From positions 1-64,000 of IMG/VR virus record IMGVR_UViG_3300045988_097954: a stretch of 64,000 bases of DNA. One strand, written 5' to 3'. The DNA comes from a virus. Of this stretch, positions 36,982 to 46,068 are shown one piece after another. Each line of letters begins with the position of its first letter. Within the stretch, counting starts at the first letter, position 1. Position numbers and translations under genes: made by a program. The notes under the pieces were generated by a model. That model was not told the origin of the DNA. It was given only the letters and a program-made list of their open reading frames with translations, and did not search any database.

Positions 36982-37858
36982 AATTGACTTACAAGAATTA
37001 GTCGAAGAATACACAGAGCTGTCTCGCAACGGCGGAGCAGTACCACGTGGTACATGTCCAATTTGTCACGGAGATAATCCAACCGAGTTTTGTATTCTAC
37101 AAGACAGATACTATTGTCATCGCTGTGGTGCATCTGGTGATGCCATCAATTTTTATGCCGAAGTGGAAGGTCTACCGTTCTATCAAGCGGTTGAAGCCTT
37201 AGCTGAAAAATATGAGGTGTCTACAGATGACCCAACGTATCAAAAACAAAAGAGTATCGTTGGACAAAACACAAAGACAGCACTCAAGTATCATAAAGCG
37301 GTTGATGCCGTTCGTGAGTATATGAATGTTAAACGTGGTATTAATGATGAAACCTTAGAAGAATTCATGATTGGCTATGACAAGGGTGGATTTCTAAACG
37401 TAAAGTCCTCTGGTATTGTCATTCCGATTCAAGATGCTTATGGTCGTATCGTTGGTTTTTCCAAGAGACGACTCGAAGAAACCAATGAACCAAAATATAA
37501 GAATACACGAGAAGATGATGTATTTATCAAACGACAACTGCTGTTTAATTATCACAGAGCCATCAAGATGTTAAAGCCAAATGGTGTGTTACATGTTGCC
37601 GAGGGTTATCTTGATGTAATGTCTGCACATCAGCAAGGGATTCCATGTGTTGGATACTTGGGTGGACGACTCACGAAAGACCAAATTGTATTACTGTGGG
37701 AATTACAAAAGCGATACAATGGTGATATTACCTTTGCATTGGCTGTGGATAATCCAGAGTGTGATGCCACAGGTCGTAAAGCATTGTTAAAGACACGAGA
37801 GGACATTAATAAGTATGCCCCAGAGTTGAATGTTCGTGTTGTAATTTACCCAAAATAA
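36953..37858 (+). CDS. dnaG: DNA primase (DnaG-like: CHC2 zinc finger plus TOPRIM)
   Basis: CPICHGDNPTEF..YYCHRCGASGD zinc finger. TOPRIM-like VAEGYLDVMS and AVDNPECD. Confidence 0.85.
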   Translation: MNTIATLRYKIDLQELVEEYTELSRNGGAVPRGTCPICHGDNPTEFCILQDRYYCHRCGASGDAINFYAEVEGLPFYQAVEALAEKYEVSTDDPTYQKQKSIVGQNTKTALKYHKAVDAVREYMNVKRGINDETLEEFMIGYDKGGFLNVKSSGIVIPIQDAYGRIVGFSKRRLEETNEPKYKNTREDDVFIKRQLLFNYHRAIKMLKPNGVLHVAEGYLDVMSAHQQGIPCVGYLGGRLTKDQIVLLWELQKRYNGDITFALAVDNPECDATGRKALLKTREDINKYAPELNVRVVIYPK

Positions 37859-37862
37859 ATAC

Positions 37863-37891
37863 TTGACACTCCTATAGTATTGTGCTATAGT
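37863..37891 (+). promoter_or_regulatory. sigma70-like promoter
   Basis: TTGACA-17-(TGC)TATAGT. Confidence 0.6.
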
Positions 37892-37932
37892 ATAACCATA
37901 GAACAACGTATTTGATTAAACAGGAGGATTTT

Positions 37933-38049
37933 ATGAAAGTAGTATCTTACAGACATCTATTTGGAGACAATCAATGGGAGTCAGAAAACTTAGACAAATA
38001 TGCTGTTGTAAAAGATGGCGTTAAATATGCACCGTTAAAAAATTGTTAA
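37933..38049 (+). CDS. small hypothetical protein (38 aa)
   Basis: Not in the ORF track because it is under 60 aa. ACAGGAGG SD 6 nt upstream. Lies downstream of the promoter at 37863. Confidence 0.45.
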   Translation: MKVVSYRHLFGDNQWESENLDKYAVVKDGVKYAPLKNC

Positions 38050-38100
38050 AAAGACAAACCTTATTTATGAAGAGTATGCTGTAAAGGAGATTAAAGTCTA

Positions 38101-38826
38101 ATGAACATACTGATTGCATGTGAAGAATCCCAAACAGTTTGCTTATCCTTTAGAAAACTTGGGTTTAACGCCTATAGTTGCGACCTAGTGGAATGCTCTG
38201 GTGGTTATCCACGTTGGCATATCCAAGGCGATGCACTAGAAGTCATCAGAAATAACGGTGGTACAACTCAAGATGGTAAACGTGTGATAGTCGATAAATG
38301 GGATTTAATGATTGCCCATCCACCGTGTACATATTTGACATCTAGTGGTGCAAAATGGTTTTATCATCCAGATGACAAAGGTTTACCAATTGAAGACCGA
38401 AGACCACATCCAAAGTTTCCCAATCGCAAGAAAGACCAAGATGCTGGTGCTGAATTTTTCATGGCATTATACAATTCCGACATTCCATATATTGCAGTAG
38501 AAAACCCTGTTGGTGTCATGTCAACACGTTTTCGCAAGCCAGACCAAATTGTTCAACCGTTTATGTTTGGCGACCAAGCACGCAAAACAACTTGTTTATG
38601 GCTCAAGGGTTTGCCACTATTAGAGCCAACTAATGTTGTAGACGAGGGCGAGACTTTGACGTTTAAAAGCGGCAAGCGTATGCAAAAGTGGATTTCTGAT
38701 GCATTAACAAATACCAAGACTGCCGAAGAACGCAGACGATTACGTTCTAAGACATTCGAAGGTATGGCACAAGCAATGGCATCTCAATGGGGTGCATTTG
38801 TATTATCGCAGGAGGAAAACAAATGA
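38101..38826 (+). CDS. short C5-cytosine DNA methyltransferase-like protein
   Basis: HPPCTYLT (PC motif IV-like), ENPVG (motif VI-like) and a C-terminal RSKTFEGMAQAMASQW. No FxGxG motif I; it has ILIACEESQ instead. Only 241 aa. Confidence 0.45.
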   Translation: MNILIACEESQTVCLSFRKLGFNAYSCDLVECSGGYPRWHIQGDALEVIRNNGGTTQDGKRVIVDKWDLMIAHPPCTYLTSSGAKWFYHPDDKGLPIEDRRPHPKFPNRKKDQDAGAEFFMALYNSDIPYIAVENPVGVMSTRFRKPDQIVQPFMFGDQARKTTCLWLKGLPLLEPTNVVDEGETLTFKSGKRMQKWISDALTNTKTAEERRRLRSKTFEGMAQAMASQWGAFVLSQEENK

Positions 38827-39581
38827 AAGATTTTGAGATTATCAAAGATTTGGTTTCTACAGAAGAATATTACCAATATTTAGACCATATGATTTTTCAT
38901 TATTCAACAATGGAAGTTTCATTAGAACAAGCATTAGAATTAAAATCATATGTAGATGAATTGGTTGATACATTAGAAGAAAACAAAGGTAATAACACAT
39001 CTGCTGAACTTGATAAATACTTAGAGCGGTCTTATCGTGAATTTTTCAAAGAACAAGAAGAGTCGATGGTTGATGACGTAGAAGAGCCTACACAGGATAC
39101 ATCTGATGTAGAATTTAAAGTTGGTGACCGTGTTGTAGTACGCCCTGATAACAGGATTGTTGACAAACAATATTGGGGAACAGTTATCTTGGTACACAAA
39201 GATTTACATGGTGATTACAACTATTTAGTAGAATTAGACAATAAAAAACTTGGATGGATAGCAACTGTTGGACTAGAGGGCATCGCCTGTGACAATGCAT
39301 GGTGGGCAGACCCAGAAACTATGGTTCATATGAAAGATTATCTAAAGAAAGATGTTTGGTATGATTGCCATAATTTTACACCAGAGCAGCTCAAAGAAGT
39401 GTTGCATATTGGAACAACAATTGACGTTGTTGTATTGGACGATAGTGAAATTACAAAAGATGATTTAGTTGGTGAATTTTCTTGTGTGTCTCGTGTAGAA
39501 GATATTATCACACAGGATGGACAAACCGTAATCGAGGTTAATCGTGGTAATTGCTATCGTAGATATTTCAAACTAGCATAG
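38823..39581 (+). CDS. hypothetical protein
   Basis: CAGGAGG SD before the ATG at 38823. Confidence 0.65.
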   Translation: MKDFEIIKDLVSTEEYYQYLDHMIFHYSTMEVSLEQALELKSYVDELVDTLEENKGNNTSAELDKYLERSYREFFKEQEESMVDDVEEPTQDTSDVEFKVGDRVVVRPDNRIVDKQYWGTVILVHKDLHGDYNYLVELDNKKLGWIATVGLEGIACDNAWWADPETMVHMKDYLKKDVWYDCHNFTPEQLKEVLHIGTTIDVVVLDDSEITKDDLVGEFSCVSRVEDIITQDGQTVIEVNRGNCYRRYFKLA

Positions 39582-39603
39582 TATTACATCAGGAGGGCAA
39601 ATT

Positions 39604-40521
39604 ATGAAATACAGAAACGGTAATGCCGTTGTTACACTTGATTTAAGAGATGGAACACGTGTGATTGAATACCCAGATAACGAACGTTTAACTTTGGAGA
39701 CACCACTCAATATTGACGTTCGAGTATCCACACGTTGTCCATACGGCTACGATAGCACAACACAACATTCTACTTGTGGATTCTGCCATGAGTCTGCACT
39801 TGTAAATGGACATGAGTGTGATTATAATGCTTTGACTCAGGTTTTTACAGATGCCAGATTACCACGTGGTACGGAAATTGCCTTGGGTGTCAATGAAGTA
39901 ACGGACTCCTTAGTATATTTTGTCAAATATTTATATTTTTTGGGTCTAGTTGTCAACATTACAATGAACGAGCGTTATATTAACGAATATGGCGATACAG
40001 GGCTATTAAGATTAAAGCCGTATATCTTTGGTCTTGGGATTTCTTATCGCTCCTTACAGGGGTGTTTATCGCTACCAGATTGGATTGCAGAATATCCACA
40101 TACGGTTATCCATGTGATTAATGGCATTGATGATTTTACAGATGTCATGGAGCTTGGGGTGAAGTACCGTAAGTTATTAGTCTTGGGTGAAAAAGACTTT
40201 GGATTCAACCGTGGTAAAGTCGATTTGTCTACTAAAGAACATCAACAATGGAAAACCAATATTATGCAATTGACACAAATCTTTGATGTTGTGTCTTTCG
40301 ACAACTTAGGGTTGCAACAATTGGACATCCGTGGTAAAATATCCATACAGGAATACAATGAATTTTACCAAGGTGAACATTCTATGTATATCAATGCGGT
40401 AGAACAATATTTTGCACCATCTAGTCGGACACGCAATAATATTAAATACTTTAGCGAAACCGCAATTAAACCGTATTTCCAATATTGCGAACAACAGGGG
40501 GTATCTCATGAGACTTATTAG
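39604..40521 (+). CDS. hypothetical protein with CX12CX2C motif (possible radical-SAM-like Fe-S enzyme)
   Basis: STRCPYGYDSTTQHSTCGFCHES lies near the N-terminus of a 305-aa protein with an alternating beta/alpha-like pattern. The assignment is weak. Confidence 0.25.
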   Translation: MKYRNGNAVVTLDLRDGTRVIEYPDNERLTLETPLNIDVRVSTRCPYGYDSTTQHSTCGFCHESALVNGHECDYNALTQVFTDARLPRGTEIALGVNEVTDSLVYFVKYLYFLGLVVNITMNERYINEYGDTGLLRLKPYIFGLGISYRSLQGCLSLPDWIAEYPHTVIHVINGIDDFTDVMELGVKYRKLLVLGEKDFGFNRGKVDLSTKEHQQWKTNIMQLTQIFDVVSFDNLGLQQLDIRGKISIQEYNEFYQGEHSMYINAVEQYFAPSSRTRNNIKYFSETAIKPYFQYCEQQGVSHETY

Positions 40522-41002
40522 ACATAGTGTTTTCGAAACAAACAGCTCTTCTTGTCATTCAATGGCATATGTCGCAAGATTACAATTAAATGTACCACAG
40601 GAGACACAAACGATTACTCAGCAATTTGGTACTCTTGGTTTTACTCCAATGTTTAATGACCAATCTTGGGAAGTGCATTTTAAGAACTATATGTGGAAAG
40701 AACAAAAGTTATCATCACCACAAGACAAATTATGGTTTTTATTAATGGAAGTCTATAGTGAGTCTTTGCTTGATGAAGTGTTTGCTGATGAGTTCTATCT
40801 ACATGTAAAACAATGGCTACAAGACATCGGCATTTATCTGGAAGAAATTGGATATGATGAAAATGACTACATAGAAAATATACCAACCAACGGAATAGTA
40901 AAACAAGAGATGTTTAAAACACCACAAGATTTATATAAATACTTGTTTGATAATAATCTTATAATTGACATTCGTCAATATGAGGTCGAAGCTGAGTATT
41001 AA
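40508..41002 (+). CDS. FETNSSSxHS-family protein, paralog 1
   Basis: Starts MRLIRHSVFETNSSSCHSMAY. Shares the SPQDKLWFL, WLQDIGI and DLYKYLFDNN blocks with paralogs 2 and 3, but lacks the DH(Q/E)S block. Confidence 0.7.
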   Translation: MRLIRHSVFETNSSSCHSMAYVARLQLNVPQETQTITQQFGTLGFTPMFNDQSWEVHFKNYMWKEQKLSSPQDKLWFLLMEVYSESLLDEVFADEFYLHVKQWLQDIGIYLEEIGYDENDYIENIPTNGIVKQEMFKTPQDLYKYLFDNNLIIDIRQYEVEAEY

Positions 41003-41015
41003 TGGGAGGACTAAT

Positions 41016-41333
41016 ATGCAAACATATTTAACACAAGAGCAGCAAAGAGAGTTAAATACTTTGTTAAACGCAACTTATAGCGAAAAAGACGAGTTGTTTA
41101 GCGATTTTCTTTATAATTACCCATACTATCTAATGGAAGAAGATTCTGGGGTTGATTGGGTTGATGAGTATTATAGTGGTAAATGGATTGTTTATCAATG
41201 CATTGATGGTCGATATTTTAAGCTGACATATACAGAACACAACAGTATGCAAGACCGTGATAATTGGGAATTCTTTGAGGTTAGACCGTTCCCAAAAACA
41301 GTCTTTGTTTACGAACCAGTGGAGGAAAACTAA
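41016..41333 (+). CDS. small beta-rich module protein (homologous to the N-terminus of paralog 2)
   Basis: VYQCIDGRYFKLTYTE..FFEVRPFPKTVFVY aligns with VYMCSNGKYYMLECYE..FIEVEHKMKIVDY of the next gene. Confidence 0.65.
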   Translation: MQTYLTQEQQRELNTLLNATYSEKDELFSDFLYNYPYYLMEEDSGVDWVDEYYSGKWIVYQCIDGRYFKLTYTEHNSMQDRDNWEFFEVRPFPKTVFVYEPVEEN

Positions 41334-42415
41334 TGGATTCTCAAGACCAACATTCTTTAGAGTGTCTATTGGAATCATCCTTTGGTATGCGTTGTGATGT
41401 AGACATGATGCCGTCTTGCTTAGATTTAGTAAAAAGACGAGTTATTTTTGTTACTGATACTTATACTAAGGTTATGGAAGTCTATATGTGTTCTAATGGC
41501 AAATACTATATGTTAGAATGTTATGAGCCACACATAGGCACTCACAGAATGTTATATCGATTTATTGAAGTTGAACACAAGATGAAAATTGTTGATTATT
41601 TTTGTGCCACTACAGGAGGAAAACAAACGAAATTAATACGCAATGGTGTATTTGAGACCAACTCTAGCTCTGCACATTCGTTGGCATACACAAATAAAGT
41701 CTTGCGTGATTATGAGTATAAAATCAATCCATCCGAATGTTTGAAAGATAGCCGTTTTCGTCTAACAGAAATGCCAGAAGAATATCGCTCGTATGCATAT
41801 ATGCCGTTATACTTTGATGATTACGGCTGGAGTGGCAAATGCTTAACATCTCCTGCCCAAAAACTGAGTTATTTGATGTCGTCCGTTTACCAGTATAAAA
41901 CTTGGGGAGAAATGTATAGTGACCCATTCTTTAAGCAAATTGTACAATGGTTGACTGAACTAGGTATTAATCTTGAATATGAATACCCAGGTGATGACGA
42001 AAGAATTGACGGTTATGTAGACCACCAGTCTTATGACGTTGTGTGTAAACAGATGTTTAATTCTAAAGAAGATTTACTTACGTATTTATTCAATGATGCA
42101 ATTACTGTGTATATCGAAAATGATAACGATGATTTTCAAGAATGGGTTGAAAACCCGAGTGATACAATCGGTTATCAAGAAGCAATGTATTATGTTTGTT
42201 CTCGTGGTAAATGTGCTAAACGTAAATCTTGGGATGATAATACATATATTTATTCTGACTTGGTATATTCTCATGATAACAACTATTTGGGGCAAGCCAT
42301 TATAAAAGTTTGTGATAAATCTAAATGGTTATATGCTGCAAGTACGTCTGATGTAAATGCAAATGACTGGGTTATTCTTTGGGAGGTAAACAAATATGCG
42401 ATTAGTAAGAAATAA
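41333..42415 (+). CDS. FETNSSSxHS-family protein, paralog 2, with N-terminal beta module and C-terminal DUF2829-like domain
   Basis: Contains KLIRNGVFETNSSSAHSLAY, GYVDHQS and YLFNDAITVYIENDND. The C-terminus KRKSWDDNTYIY...NANDWVIL is DUF2829-like. Confidence 0.7.
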   Translation: MDSQDQHSLECLLESSFGMRCDVDMMPSCLDLVKRRVIFVTDTYTKVMEVYMCSNGKYYMLECYEPHIGTHRMLYRFIEVEHKMKIVDYFCATTGGKQTKLIRNGVFETNSSSAHSLAYTNKVLRDYEYKINPSECLKDSRFRLTEMPEEYRSYAYMPLYFDDYGWSGKCLTSPAQKLSYLMSSVYQYKTWGEMYSDPFFKQIVQWLTELGINLEYEYPGDDERIDGYVDHQSYDVVCKQMFNSKEDLLTYLFNDAITVYIENDNDDFQEWVENPSDTIGYQEAMYYVCSRGKCAKRKSWDDNTYIYSDLVYSHDNNYLGQAIIKVCDKSKWLYAASTSDVNANDWVILWEVNKYAISKK

Positions 42416-42932
42416 TCTGTTTGAAACCAATAGTTCCTCGGCTCATTCTTTGGCTTTTGGCACATCTAAAATCATTCGTGGTGCTGGATGGGGCATACCA
42501 GAAGATGAAACCGACTTCAGTAATCCATTGTATCACCTGTATGAAATCCCAAGTTGTTATCAAGGATATACACTGCATGAATGGCTTGGGGAATATGGCT
42601 GGGGTTATGACGTACTGTCTACACCACAAGAAAAATTCTCTTATTTAATTACAGGTATTTGGCAACGGAATGGTGGCTTCTCGTTAGAGAAGAGCATGTT
42701 TTATACCGAAATTAAACATTGGTTGACAGAGTTGGGTATTCCAGTGATTGAATCATCCGCAGATGAAGAAGGTTATATCGACCACGAAAGTACGCACTTA
42801 GTAAATCCATCGTTGTTTAAAACCAAAGAAGACTTGATTACATACTTGTTCAATGATAATATTGTGATTTACATTGAGAACGACAACGATGAATATCAAG
42901 AGTGGTACACAGGTGAAAGGTCAGAAGATTAA
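42396..42932 (+). CDS. FETNSSSxHS-family protein, paralog 3
   Basis: Contains MRLVRNNLFETNSSSAHSLAF, GYIDHES and YLFNDNIVIYIENDND. Confidence 0.7.
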   Translation: MRLVRNNLFETNSSSAHSLAFGTSKIIRGAGWGIPEDETDFSNPLYHLYEIPSCYQGYTLHEWLGEYGWGYDVLSTPQEKFSYLITGIWQRNGGFSLEKSMFYTEIKHWLTELGIPVIESSADEEGYIDHESTHLVNPSLFKTKEDLITYLFNDNIVIYIENDNDEYQEWYTGERSED

Positions 42933-43372
42933 TGAGAGATGTATATATTGTCTATTCTTGCAGTGGCGAATGGGAAGACTATATAGAATCTATTGTGTAT
43001 CTAGTGTATCACAAACATTATGCAGAGATACTATTGAAACAGCTACAAGAAGAAGACAAGCGGTTAGAACAAGAATATAGACAGGTTTACAAACAATTGG
43101 AATCATTCGAGGACGATGACTTAGGAGACCTTTGGTTAGATAGGGTAGAAGATATATATTTTGAAGACTTTTTAAATGAGCCTGAGCAGTACCCAAATGT
43201 CTTATCTCAGTTTACAATCCCTGAGCAAAAACGTTTGCTTGAATATGCACAGTTATATAAACGATGGGAACAACTCGGTGGATATATGTATGATGGCACA
43301 AATTATTTTATTCGTCAGTATGCCATGAGCGATGACGGTCGTATGACATATATCAACAGTAATTGGGGGTAA
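42932..43372 (+). CDS. hypothetical protein
   Basis: 146-aa ORF with a TAATG overlap. Confidence 0.6.
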   Translation: MRDVYIVYSCSGEWEDYIESIVYLVYHKHYAEILLKQLQEEDKRLEQEYRQVYKQLESFEDDDLGDLWLDRVEDIYFEDFLNEPEQYPNVLSQFTIPEQKRLLEYAQLYKRWEQLGGYMYDGTNYFIRQYAMSDDGRMTYINSNWG

Positions 43373-43375
43373 CGT

Positions 43376-43597
43376 ATGACATATGCAGAAGTAACAAAAG
43401 ATATTTACGCAGGTCTCATTGTAAAGCGAAAATCTTGGAATAATATTCGTGTTCAATACATGGATTTATTCGATGGGTTTGATAGTTTTGTAGATTTTGC
43501 CATGGTATTATATGATGAAATAACAAGAGAATACATTGGTATTTATACACCAGAACCACGAGATGAATTTGCCAACGATTGGGTGATTGTTAAATGA
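43376..43597 (+). CDS. DUF2829-like (Tad2-like) small protein
   Basis: The pattern AGLIVKRKSW...TPEPRDEFANDWVIVK matches the DUF2829 signature (G..v.R..W ... DW.iv). Confidence 0.5.
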   Translation: MTYAEVTKDIYAGLIVKRKSWNNIRVQYMDLFDGFDSFVDFAMVLYDEITREYIGIYTPEPRDEFANDWVIVK

Positions 43598-43917
43598 GAT
43601 TAGAACACAAGATTGATAATATATTGGGTAGAAATTATGCGTTTCTTATTGTAGATAACCCTGTATCTGTAGATACTTTAGATTTGATACAATGGATACA
43701 CAATAGTATTCACAGAGATATATCATATAGACAAATTCTTGGCATATTACATATGATTGACTTGTATGAACGGACAGGTGACAAAAACATTCCTGTGTCC
43801 GCCGAGTCTCATATTGGTAGAACTGTAGCAAAATACTTTTTGCCACACAAGATGTCATATGTGTTATCTGGTGAACTACAGTTTAAACCGTTGAATATGC
43901 CACAGGAGGATGAATAA
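43594..43917 (+). CDS. hypothetical protein
   Basis: 107-aa ORF with overlapping stop and start. Confidence 0.6.
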   Translation: MRLEHKIDNILGRNYAFLIVDNPVSVDTLDLIQWIHNSIHRDISYRQILGILHMIDLYERTGDKNIPVSAESHIGRTVAKYFLPHKMSYVLSGELQFKPLNMPQEDE

Positions 43918-44186
43918 TGAATTTTATTGATAATTGTCTAAATGCTGTATGGCTGACTTTAAGTGTCGAAGATAATCAAGCCGATGAAGTTTATGAATCT
44001 TTAAAGATTGTATGGTTCTCAAAGACACTACAAAATCATAAAGCCTTAGTTATGTCTACTTCTGGCTATTTTAATGAAACATATTGGGAAGTAACATACA
44101 ATGGCGACAAAGACGAGTATTATGTTGATGAGTACATTAAAACCTCTAATGAAGTAATATCTGGTGATGATATTGAAACAATGTAA
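43917..44186 (+). CDS. hypothetical protein
   Basis: 89-aa ORF with an ACAGGAGG SD. Confidence 0.6.
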   Translation: MNFIDNCLNAVWLTLSVEDNQADEVYESLKIVWFSKTLQNHKALVMSTSGYFNETYWEVTYNGDKDEYYVDEYIKTSNEVISGDDIETM

Positions 44187-45330
44187 AGATTATAACGATT
44201 TATTAATAAATGGATATGACATCTCTACACTTGAAACTGAACCCTTAGATATTACATGCTTAAATGTTTTACTGGAAGAGTACCCAAGACAAGAAGACCA
44301 ATACAAAAAGGCTGCACGCTTTTGTAAATCCGTAAACGACTCTATGGTTCTAGCAGATATTGCAACCATGCTGGCAAAACGATGGGAGCGTTCCATTGAA
44401 GAAGTCAAAAGTTATCTCAATGTGTCTGCAACTAATGGTGAAGAACTTTGGGAAAAAGTCCATGGTTTCTCTGATTCGTTTGAAGACTTGAAATCGTTCA
44501 TTGGGCAAGAAGGTGTGCCGCTTGGGTTTCCCTCTTTGGACTTGGCTTTGGGTGGTGTCAAACGCCGTGAGATTGTATTACTTGGGGCATACACCAACCA
44601 AGGTAAATCATTCTTTGCAGCCAAAGTTGCAGCACATCGCTTGATGGACTCAAGTGATAATATTTTGGTTTTCTCAATGGAGATGCCAAGGGGTCAATTC
44701 TTGGCTGAAATCATAAAAGAAATCTTGGGTGTCAACGATGATAAATTACTTGAGATGTTACAAACGGAGCATGGTGTTGAATTATATTCAAGAGTGTCAT
44801 CTGTTTTAGACAAGCGTATCCGTATTGTGGATGAACCAAACAAGGATATTGACGACTTGTTTAAAATTACCGCTGTATGTCAAGCGAATGATTTTCCTGT
44901 GGATTTTGTCGTGTTTGACCACTTCCATTTAATCCCAGAGGTTGATGACATTCCTGTAATGACACGTAATGCCAATAAGATGAAAGAATACGTAAAGCAA
45001 TTCAATTTGGTTTTATTTATGCTTTGTCAGTTCAATGAAGACTCCCAGTCCAACTTTAGCAAAGACAAAAATAAGAAACCTTATGAAGCTGTCTTGCGTA
45101 ACATCAAGGGTGCAAACGCACTCAAGGCAATCGCAGATATTGTTCTACTACTGTGGCGACCGTATAAAACGGATACACAACTTGACTTTGATGAACGTCA
45201 GAAAATCAAAAATATTTCCTGCGTTAAGATTGGGAAGTCTCGCAGACCAATCAAGGGTTATGCTGACATATTCCAACTCAAGTATAACGAGGAGACATCA
45301 CATCTCGAAGAAGTAAATTTCTTTAATTAA
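44167..45330 (+). CDS. dnaB: replicative DNA helicase (DnaB-like)
   Basis: Walker A GAYTNQGKS, Walker B-like VVFDHFHLI, and a RecA-like C-terminal domain. Start uncertain (GTG at 44164 or ATG at 44167). Confidence 0.8.
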   Translation: MILKQCKDYNDLLINGYDISTLETEPLDITCLNVLLEEYPRQEDQYKKAARFCKSVNDSMVLADIATMLAKRWERSIEEVKSYLNVSATNGEELWEKVHGFSDSFEDLKSFIGQEGVPLGFPSLDLALGGVKRREIVLLGAYTNQGKSFFAAKVAAHRLMDSSDNILVFSMEMPRGQFLAEIIKEILGVNDDKLLEMLQTEHGVELYSRVSSVLDKRIRIVDEPNKDIDDLFKITAVCQANDFPVDFVVFDHFHLIPEVDDIPVMTRNANKMKEYVKQFNLVLFMLCQFNEDSQSNFSKDKNKKPYEAVLRNIKGANALKAIADIVLLLWRPYKTDTQLDFDERQKIKNISCVKIGKSRRPIKGYADIFQLKYNEETSHLEEVNFFN

Positions 45331-45345
45331 TTTGCAAATTTATAC

Positions 45346-45374
45346 TTGACATTTTATCACGAATGTGATATTAT
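45346..45374 (+). promoter_or_regulatory. strong sigma70-like promoter of the RNA operon
   Basis: TTGACA-17-(TGA)TATTAT. Confidence 0.65.
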
Positions 45375-45457
45375 AATAATGTACCAAGGATTAGACAACT
45401 TGGTTCTAGCCCTCCTTTCTTAACATAGCCAGCGGAGTCACATCCGTTGGCACACAT

Positions 45458-45516
45458 GGGTCGTTGTTGGATACAATCAAGACACTTGAGCTTGGGTTCG
45501 ATTCCCAAGAGACCCA
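45458..45516 (+). ncRNA. tRNA-like element lacking an anticodon arm (59 nt, no CCA)
   Basis: Acceptor GGGTCGT/GAGACCC (6 of 7 pairs), D arm TTGG-ATACAA-TCAA, perfect T arm TTGGG-TTCGATT-CCCAA. Only 11 nt lie between the D and T arms. Confidence 0.4.
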
Positions 45517-45838
45517 ATAGCATAACCGCTTAGTTGATGTGCGGTGTCACAAACATCAAACAAGTTTCTGATAGCCTTGATAAAACTAACAGGGGTGTAT
45601 GACCTCATAGTCATACCGTCAGATAAGACGATAAAATCATATGTAAAATGTAGAGAACACTCTATATTTACTGCCGTCATTGTGAAGACGTTAAAACTCG
45701 CTTGAGCCTGTCAAGCTACAACAGGTACGCTATAGCATCTACCGCCGATGAGTATAGACGTATACGAACATAAGACACGTAGATTGCAATCTTTGCGTGG
45801 TCGAAAGATACAGCAGGGACTGTATGGCGGTAGAATAT

Positions 45839-45911
45839 CGAGAGATGGTGTAACGATAGCACAGTCATAACGTCTTGACAGGTACAGGTTTAATTCCTGT
45901 TCGCTCGACCA
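45839..45911 (+). ncRNA. tRNA-like element with a non-canonical anticodon arm (73 nt, CCA encoded)
   Basis: Acceptor CGAGAGA/TCGCTCG (6 of 7 pairs), D arm GTGT/GCAC, T arm ACAGG-TTTAATT-CCTGT, then A-CCA. The anticodon arm is a 4-bp stem GTCA/TGAC with an 8-nt loop TAACGTCT. Confidence 0.4.
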
Positions 45912-46068
45912 TATGGTGCTTATATACTGCCATTAAGGGCTGGACGCACGATGGGTGTCTAGCTGTATATACCATTCAACAGCTATACAGTAGTTTACAA
46001 GGAAAAACAGCATCCAGTATGGGTGAAGACGGGAGGTTCGATGCCTGCCATGTATAGTGGTGTTGTAT

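Noticed and set aside
45385-46068. tmRNA (one- or two-piece) as an explanation for tRNA-like acceptor/T-arm modules without anticodon arms.
   Set aside because: I could not find a plausible tag reading frame (no resume codon followed by a hydrophobic ...AA-stop tag) or a pseudoknot-rich architecture. The modules are each closed by their own acceptor stem. The idea is kept only as something a cmscan would exclude.
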